A DNA stretch of 64,000 nt from Candidatus Latescibacterota bacterium (GTDB lineage: Bacteria > Latescibacterota > UBA2968 > UBA8231): positions 2,752,001-2,816,000 of the forward strand of contig CBDFJF010000001.1 of NCBI GenBank assembly GCA_965248265.1, given 5' to 3'. A model generated the notes under the pieces. It had not been told where the DNA came from and did not search any database. It worked only from the letters and a program-made list of their open reading frames with translations. Shown here piece by piece: positions 46,067 to 54,579 of this stretch (positions within the stretch are counted from its first letter, which is position 1; each line of letters opens with the position of its first letter). Made by a program: the position numbers and the translations under genes.

Positions 46067-47140
46067 CTAGTACACCCCCACAGTAACCGACTCCCTCAAC
46101 TCACTAAGCAACCTCAAATCCCGCACTCCATCCCACGGATACTCCTCAATCGGCTCAGCCCGCTCCGCCTCATCCCGCTCCAAAAACCGCGGCATAAAGA
46201 ATTCCTTCGTCAGCGTCGTCAACATAACGCGCCCGGTCTCACCGTAATCGACCTGCCGCTCGGTATCCTGCGGATCAACCAACTCGATAACGGCTCGAGG
46301 TTGCGGCGGGTAGTAAATGATGGCGTAGTCATCGGCTGGATCGAACGGCTTACAGTGCGCGAGACCCATCAGGGTGTTGCCGTAGGTTGGAATGAACTCG
46401 ATACCCGGGACTAGCTCTTCGCGCGCGAAACGATGGAATTGCGCGTCCATTTCCGTGCCGCCGCAGAAGATGCCGGTGATGCCGGCCTTGGGCAGCGAGA
46501 TCTTCTCAGACAGGGCTTCCAGCAGACGTGGAGTCGTGAACAGACAGCGAATGGAATCATGCGCCCGCAGGATCTTCAGCGCCTGGTCAACGACATGACT
46601 CTTGTAGGCTTCCAACTCCTGGGTTTTTTGCTGCTTGATGAGGACGTTGACCCAACGCGGATCGAGGTCGACGAAGAAGCAGATACCACCCCGAATCTGC
46701 GCCAGGTGTTCGACGGCCAGACGCAGTCGCCGCGGTCCAGTCGGACCGACCATGAGCCAGTCACTTCCGTGTGGGAAGCCGTCCTCTGGGAGAAACTCAC
46801 TGAAGCGCTCGTAGTCGAGTTTGAAATCGTGGACGTTGATACGGCTCTTGGGTACCCCTGTCGATCCGCCAGTCTCGAACACGTAGACCGGTTCGTCGGC
46901 GTACGCGCGGGGCACCCAGCGTCGGACCGGTCCACCGCGCAACCACGAGTCTTCGAAATGACCGAGGCGTCGCAGATCGTCGTAAGAGTTGATCTGGGTA
47001 CGGGGGTCAAAGTCCAACCCCTTGGCGAAATCCAGCCAGAAGTCGCATCCAGTGGCCGGATCGAAGTGCCATTGCACGATCTCGCGCACGTGCTGGTCGA
47101 GGTGCACGCTTGCCTCGCCGATTGAACCTGGCCTTTGCAT
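46067..47140 (-). CDS. EhpF-like adenylate-forming enzyme (phenazine-modifying/LuxE-PaaK related)
   Basis: WHFDPATGCDFW, FETGGSTGVPK, PTGP, VDLDPRWV, TTPRLL, GGTEM, YGNT, YGETGRV, ERD, terminal GVY. These motifs match Pantoea EhpF as recalled from memory. Confidence 0.75.
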   Translation of the reverse strand: MQRPGSIGEASVHLDQHVREIVQWHFDPATGCDFWLDFAKGLDFDPRTQINSYDDLRRLGHFEDSWLRGGPVRRWVPRAYADEPVYVFETGGSTGVPKSRINVHDFKLDYERFSEFLPEDGFPHGSDWLMVGPTGPRRLRLAVEHLAQIRGGICFFVDLDPRWVNVLIKQQKTQELEAYKSHVVDQALKILRAHDSIRCLFTTPRLLEALSEKISLPKAGITGIFCGGTEMDAQFHRFAREELVPGIEFIPTYGNTLMGLAHCKPFDPADDYAIIYYPPQPRAVIELVDPQDTERQVDYGETGRVMLTTLTKEFFMPRFLERDEAERAEPIEEYPWDGVRDLRLLSELRESVTVGVY

Positions 47141-48582
47141 TACTCACCTTCGATGGCGAACAAGCGGTTCCTGGAAGCGATGTACAGGACGCCGTCCTCG
47201 ACCACGGGAGTCGTGTAGATGGAGCTACCCATGTTGATCTCATTCAAGACTTCCAGCGTTTTTCCGGCCTTCAGTATGGCGACATCGCCGTCCTCGTCAC
47301 CGACATAGACCATGCCATCGGCCACCAGGGTCGAGCCCCAGACTGCGGCGAAGCTGTCGTAGACCCAATGCTTCTTACCGGTTTGGAGATCAAGGCAGTA
47401 GACGAAACCCGAAAGATCGGCCGCGTAGAGGAGGCCGTCCTGTATGGAAACCGTCGACATGGTCCGGTGGAAATCCTCCCCGCCAACGTGCCACACACCA
47501 CCACTGTCAGTGATGTCTCCTGTTTTTGTCGCATCAATGCACCACAGATGACCGATCCCCTCACCGTGTTCAGGGTCCTGACCCACGCCGACGTAGACCC
47601 GGTCGCCGTGGATGACGGGAGTTGAAACGATGTTGTTGCGGGTGCCACGTCCGCCCAGCTCCCACTCGGAGTCCTTCGGATTGCAGTCAAATTTCCAGAT
47701 GAGTTTGCCTGTCAGAGGTTCCAATGAGTAAACCCATCCGTCTCCTCCGGGAAAGACCACCTGTGCCTTGCCCTTGACGATGCCGTAAGCTGGATTCGAC
47801 CACTGTCCGTGCAGGATCCCCTCACCGGGCGAAGCATCTTCCCATACCACCTCACCCGTGTGCTTGTTCACGGCGATGAAGCTGGGGGCAAAGGGAGAGG
47901 GGATGGCCACATGGCCTTCGTCAACGCCATTTGATGTAACGACGAAAAGCAGGTCCCCGGCCCCGACCGGCGAGCAGGTTGCCAGGTTGTGCGGAAAGAC
48001 ATTGAGTTCCTCCATCATGTCCATCTTCCAAATCACATCCGCATCAATTCCGGTAGTGTCTTTTTCAGTTATGAACGGCCCGTCGTTCTCTCCGTCGGCG
48101 AATCCCTCGGCGTCAATGCAAACGACTTCGCAGCGATTCGATATGTAATAGACACGGCCGTCTTCGATAAAGGGCGTCGAGCACACGCCTTGCCGGGGCC
48201 AGTCGTTGACGCGTCCGGCCGCAAGTTTGGTGTGGGTGGCTTGCCACTGAAAACGGCCATCGGCACGACCGAAGGCCATCACCACTCCCCGATCGCCGAC
48301 CAGTGCGGGATTGCGCAGGCCCTGGTTGTTGGTACCGACGAACACCTGGTTTCCGTAGATCAACGGACCGGCGTAGGTCTGCGAGCCCAGTGGGGCGCTC
48401 CAGCGAATGCCAGCGCCGGTTTCCGTGTTCCAATTAACCGGTAGTCCACTGGCCGATGCGACCATGTTGCGCTCCGTCGTAAAGCCCCACATCGCCGCAT
48501 CGTCGGAGCCCACGTCGACCACTCCCACCAGCAGGGAGACAATTGCTACTATGGTGTCTTTGTGCGATAGGCGCTGCGTCAT
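47140..48582 (-). CDS. PQQ-type beta-propeller protein
   Basis: Signal-like N-terminus; GVCSTP, HNLATCSP, HGQWSNP, QDPEHGEG, WGSTLVADG.VYVGDEDG. Confidence 0.82.
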   Translation of the reverse strand: MTQRLSHKDTIVAIVSLLVGVVDVGSDDAAMWGFTTERNMVASASGLPVNWNTETGAGIRWSAPLGSQTYAGPLIYGNQVFVGTNNQGLRNPALVGDRGVVMAFGRADGRFQWQATHTKLAAGRVNDWPRQGVCSTPFIEDGRVYYISNRCEVVCIDAEGFADGENDGPFITEKDTTGIDADVIWKMDMMEELNVFPHNLATCSPVGAGDLLFVVTSNGVDEGHVAIPSPFAPSFIAVNKHTGEVVWEDASPGEGILHGQWSNPAYGIVKGKAQVVFPGGDGWVYSLEPLTGKLIWKFDCNPKDSEWELGGRGTRNNIVSTPVIHGDRVYVGVGQDPEHGEGIGHLWCIDATKTGDITDSGGVWHVGGEDFHRTMSTVSIQDGLLYAADLSGFVYCLDLQTGKKHWVYDSFAAVWGSTLVADGMVYVGDEDGDVAILKAGKTLEVLNEINMGSSIYTTPVVEDGVLYIASRNRLFAIEGE

Positions 48583-48621
48583 GTCGTCTTTCTCTTCCGC
48601 TTGCGAGTCGGGATTGCTCGT

Positions 48622-50841
48622 TTAGTCTGCCGCCACCATCACGTTGTCATAGTAGAGCAGTGCCGCTGAGTAACCGTAGAGTCCCGGACTACCTTGGCGA
48701 TTGGGCAGGGGATCCGTGGCCGTGATCGTCCATTGTTCCGGCTCATCCGCGTCCCTCCTCCACACCTTTCCGCGAACGACGGCCTCCCCGGACTCGGTGT
48801 CGACCCGCATCTTCACCGTGTACCACACGCCCATTTCCCAGACAAAATCGATGGTCTTCTCCATGCGAAGAGCCGCCGCCCATGACCGCACCTGCAGCCG
48901 CTGATGGTTTCCCATCAGGTCGAGGGTGTAGCGTTGCGCGATCAGCCCGACGTCGGGACGATTGCGCTTGCCCTGCGTCCCCATGACATCCGCCTGCACG
49001 GTGTAACCGGACATCGACGGAGGACCGATGTAGACGTTCGACCGCTGCAGGCCCCGTTTGGCCAGACCCTTCATGAGAACGCGCTCTCCGTCAAGGTCGA
49101 CGACGGAGAACTTGCCGCCTCCGGAGCCGATCCAGGAGGCGGGAGCCGGGTTGGATCCGGCTTCAGCGCTCATGCTGTCAAACGTCTCTGCCTGGTCACC
49201 GGAAGGCACCACTCGAACTCGAGCACGACTGGTTGCCGAACTCCCTTTGAGCTGCACCACGATGGTGCCGACTGAGCGACCAGCCGTTGCCGTGAAGACT
49301 CCACGGTCTAGGCTGCCTGACAGATCTTCCAGCGCCCACTCCAGGTTGTCGTCCTCGCTCATGGAGACGGGCGATCCGGTGTCATCGAATCCCCTCACTT
49401 CGAAGCGCGCCGTCGCCCCGGAGGGCATCAGCACTTCCGCCGGCACGATCTGGATGTGAGTTGGATGATTCGGGGAAACCGCTGCCGTTGCCACATCAGA
49501 CGCTGGAACCGCTGGCTTGTCATTCCCGTTGCCCAGACAGTACAGCCCCTCTTCGGTGGCGAAGTAGACGTTGCCGTAGCCTACCGCAGGTGAGCCAAAA
49601 ATTTCGGCGGCTCGACCATCCGACGTGGTGATCTGGTCACTGTCGAGGACGGATGCCGCGTCTTCGCTGACGTCCAGGATCTTCAACGTGCCATTCACTT
49701 CGGGGACGAACAATTTGCCATCCGCCCACACAGGCGATCCCTTGCCCACCCGGCCGACATTTTGTACCCACTGTTCCTCGCCGCTGGTCGCATCCAGGCA
49801 GTGCAGGTTGGCCGAGTTGTCGACGATGTAGAGCAGGCCATCATGAACGACAGGCGAGGTGTAGCCGGCCGGTACGCCGTCAGCGCGCCAGACCTCATGG
49901 CTGGCCGTCAGGTCGCCGGTTCCGCTACCGTCAATGCAGACGACGCGCCCCATGGTGGTCGTGTCCAGATTCTCCTCGCTGTGCGCGGCGTAGACTCGAT
50001 CTCCAGCGACCACGACGGATACGTTGAGGCCTCTGTTACTGAGACCAAAACCCCACACTTTGCGACCGGTGTGGACTTCAATCCCGTACACGGCGCCATC
50101 GGCATTGCCGCCGATGAGCAGGCGGCGGCCATCGATCTGGGCCATCACCGGAGTCGAGTAGGTCGTATCAAGTGGACGACCACCCGGTGTGGAAATCCAG
50201 ACGACGTCGCCACTGCGCTTGTCGAAAGCGAAGTAACGATGCCGCGGCACAGCCTGTTCACCCCAGCTGCTGTTGAGAAAGCTGACGATGACCAGGTCGC
50301 CATCCACGACTGGCGTGTGGATGCGACCGCCATAACCGGAGATGCGGCGGAACTCTTCGGTCAACGAGCGCGACCAGACGACCTCGCCGTCTCTGTCGTA
50401 GCACAGCAACAACCCCTGGACGCCGTGGACGTAGAGGTTGCCCGTTTCGGGATCAGCCGCCGGACTCGACCAGCCGACTCTGTTGAAGGGAATCGTGGTG
50501 TGGAAGACGTTGAAGCGATGCTCCCACAGCAATTCGCCGGTGAAGGCATCGTAGCAAGCGGTGCGTTCCTGCCTTTTAATGCCCTCGCCAACGCGCCCGA
50601 GTGCGCAGACCCTGCCATCGACGATGACAGGAGTGGACCGTCCTGTGAATGGCACCTTCCACAATTGGCCGTCGCCATCGACGCTCCAGGTATCGACCAG
50701 CCCGGTCTCGAGTGATACACCGCTTTGATGCGGTCCTCTCCAACCGGGCCATTGCGCGGGCGCCGGAGCGGTAGCGGCGCCAACCAGGATGGCGCCAAAG
50801 GCCAGCATCGTCGACAGTCGCGTGGTCCTGAAAGGCTTCAT
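48622..50841 (-). CDS. Secreted PQQ-type beta-propeller with C-terminal Ig and lectin/LamG-like domains
   Basis: Signal peptide, WPGWRGP, GRSTPV, YSTP, SPV blades; C-terminal YTVQADV...WYTVKMRV..GKVW..GSPGLYG..YYDNV. Confidence 0.82.
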   Translation of the reverse strand: MKPFRTTRLSTMLAFGAILVGAATAPAPAQWPGWRGPHQSGVSLETGLVDTWSVDGDGQLWKVPFTGRSTPVIVDGRVCALGRVGEGIKRQERTACYDAFTGELLWEHRFNVFHTTIPFNRVGWSSPAADPETGNLYVHGVQGLLLCYDRDGEVVWSRSLTEEFRRISGYGGRIHTPVVDGDLVIVSFLNSSWGEQAVPRHRYFAFDKRSGDVVWISTPGGRPLDTTYSTPVMAQIDGRRLLIGGNADGAVYGIEVHTGRKVWGFGLSNRGLNVSVVVAGDRVYAAHSEENLDTTTMGRVVCIDGSGTGDLTASHEVWRADGVPAGYTSPVVHDGLLYIVDNSANLHCLDATSGEEQWVQNVGRVGKGSPVWADGKLFVPEVNGTLKILDVSEDAASVLDSDQITTSDGRAAEIFGSPAVGYGNVYFATEEGLYCLGNGNDKPAVPASDVATAAVSPNHPTHIQIVPAEVLMPSGATARFEVRGFDDTGSPVSMSEDDNLEWALEDLSGSLDRGVFTATAGRSVGTIVVQLKGSSATSRARVRVVPSGDQAETFDSMSAEAGSNPAPASWIGSGGGKFSVVDLDGERVLMKGLAKRGLQRSNVYIGPPSMSGYTVQADVMGTQGKRNRPDVGLIAQRYTLDLMGNHQRLQVRSWAAALRMEKTIDFVWEMGVWYTVKMRVDTESGEAVVRGKVWRRDADEPEQWTITATDPLPNRQGSPGLYGYSAALLYYDNVMVAAD

Positions 50842-50845
50842 GGGA

Positions 50846-52645
50846 TTACCAGTTTGTGAATGAGCCGTCATCCCGGCTCATGCGATACACTCCATCCTGT
50901 GCCACCTCGAAACGTCCTTCGGCTGCCATCGTCTCGTCGATCTCGACGCCCAGCCCCGGAGAATCAGGGACCGACAGGTAGCCGTCGTCGAAGGTTACTT
51001 GGGTGCTGAACACATCCTTCAGCACCGAACCCGGAACCCTGGGTAGCTCCTGTACACCGACCAGGGGACTCGCCAGACACAGATGCAGACTGGCCGCCGT
51101 GTTCACTGGTCCGAGGGGATTGTGGGGTGCAATAGCAATGTAGTGGGTTTCGCACCAACCAGCGATTTTGCGCGCCTCCGAAAACCCGCCGCACAGAGAA
51201 ATATCCAGCCGGCAATAATCCATCAGTTCCTCTTCAATGACTTCGCGGAAAGCCCACTTGCCAGCGAACTGCTCACCTATGGCAAGGGGCACCGAAGTCT
51301 GCCGACGCAGATTTTTGAGGCTCGCCGGATTCTCACTGCGCAGCGGATCCTCCACGAAGAATGGGCGGAACTCCTCCACGCCGCGGCAAAACTGAATGGC
51401 GGCCGGGGGATCCAACCTGGTATGCACGTCGATGAGAATCTCCACCTCATCGCCAACTGCTTCCCGTACTGCCCGAGCCGCCTCGATTCCGTGGTTGACT
51501 GCCCTGGTCGACTCCAACAGCTCCGCTCCGGCCGGATCGTTCACCGACCAGCGCAGGAACTTCCATCCCTCGTCGACTTTTTCATGACAGGCCGTGACTA
51601 GGGCATCGAGGTCGCCGGTATCGGAAACATGGGGATAACACACCACCCGGTCCCGGACTCTACCACCGAGCAGTTCGTACACGGGAACGCCAAGTGCCTT
51701 CGCTTTGATGTCCCACAGCGCCGTGTCTACGGCACTGACCGCCGCCGTCTGCACCAGTCCTCCGGGGAAAAACCCTCCCCGAAACATCACCTGCCACAGG
51801 TGCTCGATACGAAACGGATCCTGGCCGACCAGGTCGACGCTGAAGGCATGCAAGACCTCGGCCGCCGCACCGACCCTGCTGGCCAGGCCGATCTCGCCGA
51901 GTCCGTATAGGCCGGAGTCGGTCTCGATTTTGACGAAACCATAATTATGAGTGCCCTCGCGGACGAGAATTGGTTTGATCGCCGTGATCTTCATCGTCTC
52001 TACCGTTGTTGAACTGAGTGCTGGACGTTCGAGGTCAATCGCCGGTTGCGGCAAGAGCCGATCGCGCAGGTCGTCGAGGGGAAACGCGGGGCCGGGGTCG
52101 TCTTTGCGATCGGGGGCGATCTCCTCATGGCCGAGTATCTGCGAAATTCCGTAGTGTCTCACCAGCAGTGCACATAGCTGCTCCACCACAGCCACCTGCA
52201 CCGCTGGAAAGCTGTGCCAGTGAGAGGATACCGATTCGTTGCGATGAATGGCCTCGACAACATCTTCTTCGGCGTAGGCCTTACCGAACCAGGATAGATA
52301 GTCCCCCCCGTCGCGGAGCTGCAGACGACCAGGATTGTCAACTTCGATGCCGATGGAATAGTCGTTGAGGCCGCTGCGACCCTGCCATGTGCTCTTGCCT
52401 GCGTGCCAGCCGACGGTGTCGAAGGGGAGCAGCTGGGTGACGGTCCCGTCTCGGGCAACGACCAGATGCGCCGACACCTTGCGTTCGGTATCACACAGGG
52501 TATCGATCGCCGACTGGGCGTTGGCGCCGGCAGTATAATGGATGATGATGGTGTCGAGGTCCCCGGGACCGAAGTGGCCACCTCGATTGGGTGAGTCGGC
52601 GTGCCCGATGCCCTCTCCCGACAGTCTGTGTTCGCGAATGCGCAC
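50846..52645 (-). CDS. Fusion ORF: Amidase_2 (AmpD-like) N-acetylmuramoyl-L-alanine amidase plus galactonate dehydratase-like enolase-superfamily enzyme
   Basis: N-terminal IIIHYTAG, SAHL, WHAG.S, SIGIE, GHEEIAPDRKDDPG; from Met at 51994 MKITAIK..KIETDSG..G.GE, SAVDTALWDIK.K.LGVPVYELLGG, IDVHTR, EDP, APHNPLGP, PGLGVEID. Confidence 0.8.
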   Translation of the reverse strand: MRIREHRLSGEGIGHADSPNRGGHFGPGDLDTIIIHYTAGANAQSAIDTLCDTERKVSAHLVVARDGTVTQLLPFDTVGWHAGKSTWQGRSGLNDYSIGIEVDNPGRLQLRDGGDYLSWFGKAYAEEDVVEAIHRNESVSSHWHSFPAVQVAVVEQLCALLVRHYGISQILGHEEIAPDRKDDPGPAFPLDDLRDRLLPQPAIDLERPALSSTTVETMKITAIKPILVREGTHNYGFVKIETDSGLYGLGEIGLASRVGAAAEVLHAFSVDLVGQDPFRIEHLWQVMFRGGFFPGGLVQTAAVSAVDTALWDIKAKALGVPVYELLGGRVRDRVVCYPHVSDTGDLDALVTACHEKVDEGWKFLRWSVNDPAGAELLESTRAVNHGIEAARAVREAVGDEVEILIDVHTRLDPPAAIQFCRGVEEFRPFFVEDPLRSENPASLKNLRRQTSVPLAIGEQFAGKWAFREVIEEELMDYCRLDISLCGGFSEARKIAGWCETHYIAIAPHNPLGPVNTAASLHLCLASPLVGVQELPRVPGSVLKDVFSTQVTFDDGYLSVPDSPGLGVEIDETMAAEGRFEVAQDGVYRMSRDDGSFTNW

Positions 52646-52654
52646 GAGGATGTT

Positions 52655-53251
52655 TCAGTCCGAATCGTAGGGCAGGATTTCAATGCTCTGCAGCAGTTCG
52701 GCAGTCTCGTCGAACAAAGCGGCGAACAGCGATCCACCGAGCATGGCCAGATCTTCACGGCCTTCCTCGTGCGCCTGGCATCGTTCGGCGAAAGCCACAC
52801 CGATCTGTCCGGTCAATCCAGAAACTTCGGATGTGGGTGCGTGCACGGCGTTGGTGTAGTAATCCAACCGCTCATGTAAGTCTTCTATCAGATTGCCGTC
52901 GGCTTTATTGGCAATCATTTCCCAGTGATGGTAGTAGCGCTCGAAGATCGCCCGTTTTCCCTCTGAGTCCCCCAACGCCATTTCGGCTCCAAACTCAACA
53001 GCGAATGCACGCAGGAACATGAGTTCCGAAAGCATGGCCTGTGTCGGAACCTCGACGATCTGCGCCATCTCTTCGACGGCCTCCTGTTCAGAAGAGCCTG
53101 CCACACACACCGCCTCCATCAGCAGGGCAGCCAGTTCAACCGGGGTCGCCTGCCGCCTGGTCGAAGGCATCGGCGGCTCCGTGTCTTGGCGCTGTTCGGA
53201 TCGGGTTTCGGAATGGCTGCCATTGCCGTTCGCCACCTGGGAGCTCTTCAC
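52655..53251 (-). CDS. Hypothetical protein
   Basis: 198-aa helical ORF with AAGGA RBS, co-oriented with the downstream gene. Confidence 0.65.
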   Translation of the reverse strand: MKSSQVANGNGSHSETRSEQRQDTEPPMPSTRRQATPVELAALLMEAVCVAGSSEQEAVEEMAQIVEVPTQAMLSELMFLRAFAVEFGAEMALGDSEGKRAIFERYYHHWEMIANKADGNLIEDLHERLDYYTNAVHAPTSEVSGLTGQIGVAFAERCQAHEEGREDLAMLGGSLFAALFDETAELLQSIEILPYDSD

Positions 53252-53412
53252 CTGTCTTCCTTTCTGCTCGTCTGCGTCATCCTATACAATACCCAAGTAA
53301 TGCTTGTTTGGCGCAGCCCATCTTTTGCCTAAGAAGCTGCATCTCTCTATCGTTAGCAACAGGTCAACCGTCCCTGCTGCTATCAATCCCCTTCACCGGT
53401 ATCGTGCACTGA

Positions 53413-53808
53413 ATGCTCGATTTTCTCGACAGAGACGCGTTCGAAATCATCTTTAGTTCTGAGGTCATTTTCTGCGCGGTGTTTACCATTTCTCTGTTCA
53501 TCCTCGTCCATTCGGTGCTCTCGTTTCTACGCCATAGCGGTCCGTTGTACAAGCGCATGAACGAGCTCGAAGCCGAAATCAGCGTGCTCGCAGCCGGCAT
53601 ACCGGTGAGGATCGAGGAGATTGCTCAGAGGCGTCGTGAACTCAGTCCGCTGCAGGACGATTTCAAACAGCTGCGGGACTATCACGCCAGGCTCAGCTAC
53701 ATGGCCCAAAAAGCGATGGAGGAAGAGGAAGACAAAGAAAAAGAAGAGGACGACGAGGGTCAGCGCAGCATCCGCCGCCAGCGTCTCGGCCTGGACCGTT
53801 TTATATAG
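53413..53808 (+). CDS. Hypothetical membrane-anchored coiled-coil protein
   Basis: One N-terminal TM helix, then a coiled coil and an acidic tail. Confidence 0.65.
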   Translation: MLDFLDRDAFEIIFSSEVIFCAVFTISLFILVHSVLSFLRHSGPLYKRMNELEAEISVLAAGIPVRIEEIAQRRRELSPLQDDFKQLRDYHARLSYMAQKAMEEEEDKEKEEDDEGQRSIRRQRLGLDRFI

Positions 53809-53811
53809 TAA

Positions 53812-54480
53812 CTAGAAGAGCTCGCCGGATCCCATGTCGGCGATGATCTCACCTGCTTCTTGATCGACGAACCCGTCCCCGAACACCATCGATTCCAGAT
53901 AGTAGACCCTCTCCCAGGCGATCGGTGTGTGCACGAGAAATCGCACCCTGCCCCCCTTGCCATCGATCCGGCACATCGGGCCGAATGTTTGCGGTCTCTT
54001 TAGATCATTCACCTTCTGCGCCCGATCCAGAATCTCATCGAAACGCACCCCGGTGAAAATGGGCGTCGACTCCAGCCACTCAGCCGCGTGTCGACTCGCC
54101 CGCATGGACCACAATTCGATCACGAAGAAGGTGTACTCGAACAACCCCTGGGGACTCAGTTCGAACTCCAGGTACCGGTATAGCTGATCAACCAGATCGT
54201 CGCGCTCGAGTGGCGCATCGGGATCCGACATCGGAATCCACGAGTCGTCGTCGTCCGGGCGAGCGAACGGCTGGATCGGCAGTACCACCCCGTCATCCGT
54301 CTTCTCCTGGATGTAATCCAGCACGTAGCCCTTCCGCACGTTGACATGTGGAAAAATCTGTACCAACGCATTCACGTCGTCGGGCTTTTCGAACTCCTGC
54401 CACTGAGTGCGAAAAGCCAGGACTTTTGTCAGAATATCGTCAGCTGAAACCTCTGAAATCGACTCGAACATCGCTCCCAT
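53812..54480 (-). CDS. Hypothetical protein
   Basis: ~220-aa ORF with protein-like composition, convergent with 53413-53808; start uncertain. Confidence 0.65.
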   Translation of the reverse strand: MGAMFESISEVSADDILTKVLAFRTQWQEFEKPDDVNALVQIFPHVNVRKGYVLDYIQEKTDDGVVLPIQPFARPDDDDSWIPMSDPDAPLERDDLVDQLYRYLEFELSPQGLFEYTFFVIELWSMRASRHAAEWLESTPIFTGVRFDEILDRAQKVNDLKRPQTFGPMCRIDGKGGRVRFLVHTPIAWERVYYLESMVFGDGFVDQEAGEIIADMGSGELF

Positions 54481-54519
54481 TCCGGCGTTGACTACGGACA
54501 AAAATAGACCGGCGAGCGA

Positions 54520-54548
54520 TTGACAACAAGCCGCAGTGCCTGTAGTGT
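54520..54548 (+). promoter_or_regulatory. Sigma-70-type promoter for the PAS kinase
   Basis: TTGACA-N17-TAGTGT. Confidence 0.6.
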
Positions 54549-54579
54549 TGCTCCTTCCAGCACATAGAGTTAGGACATC

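Noticed and set aside
43058-47140. Bioluminescence luxCDE or a complete phenazine cluster
   Set aside because: No luxAB luciferase, LuxD or phzA-G core genes in the window; only the adenylation/reduction pair is related
40802-50841. PQQ-dependent alcohol/glucose dehydrogenases or BamB
   Set aside because: No vicinal-Cys ADH motif or other dehydrogenase signatures recognised, no lipobox, and no bam/der context
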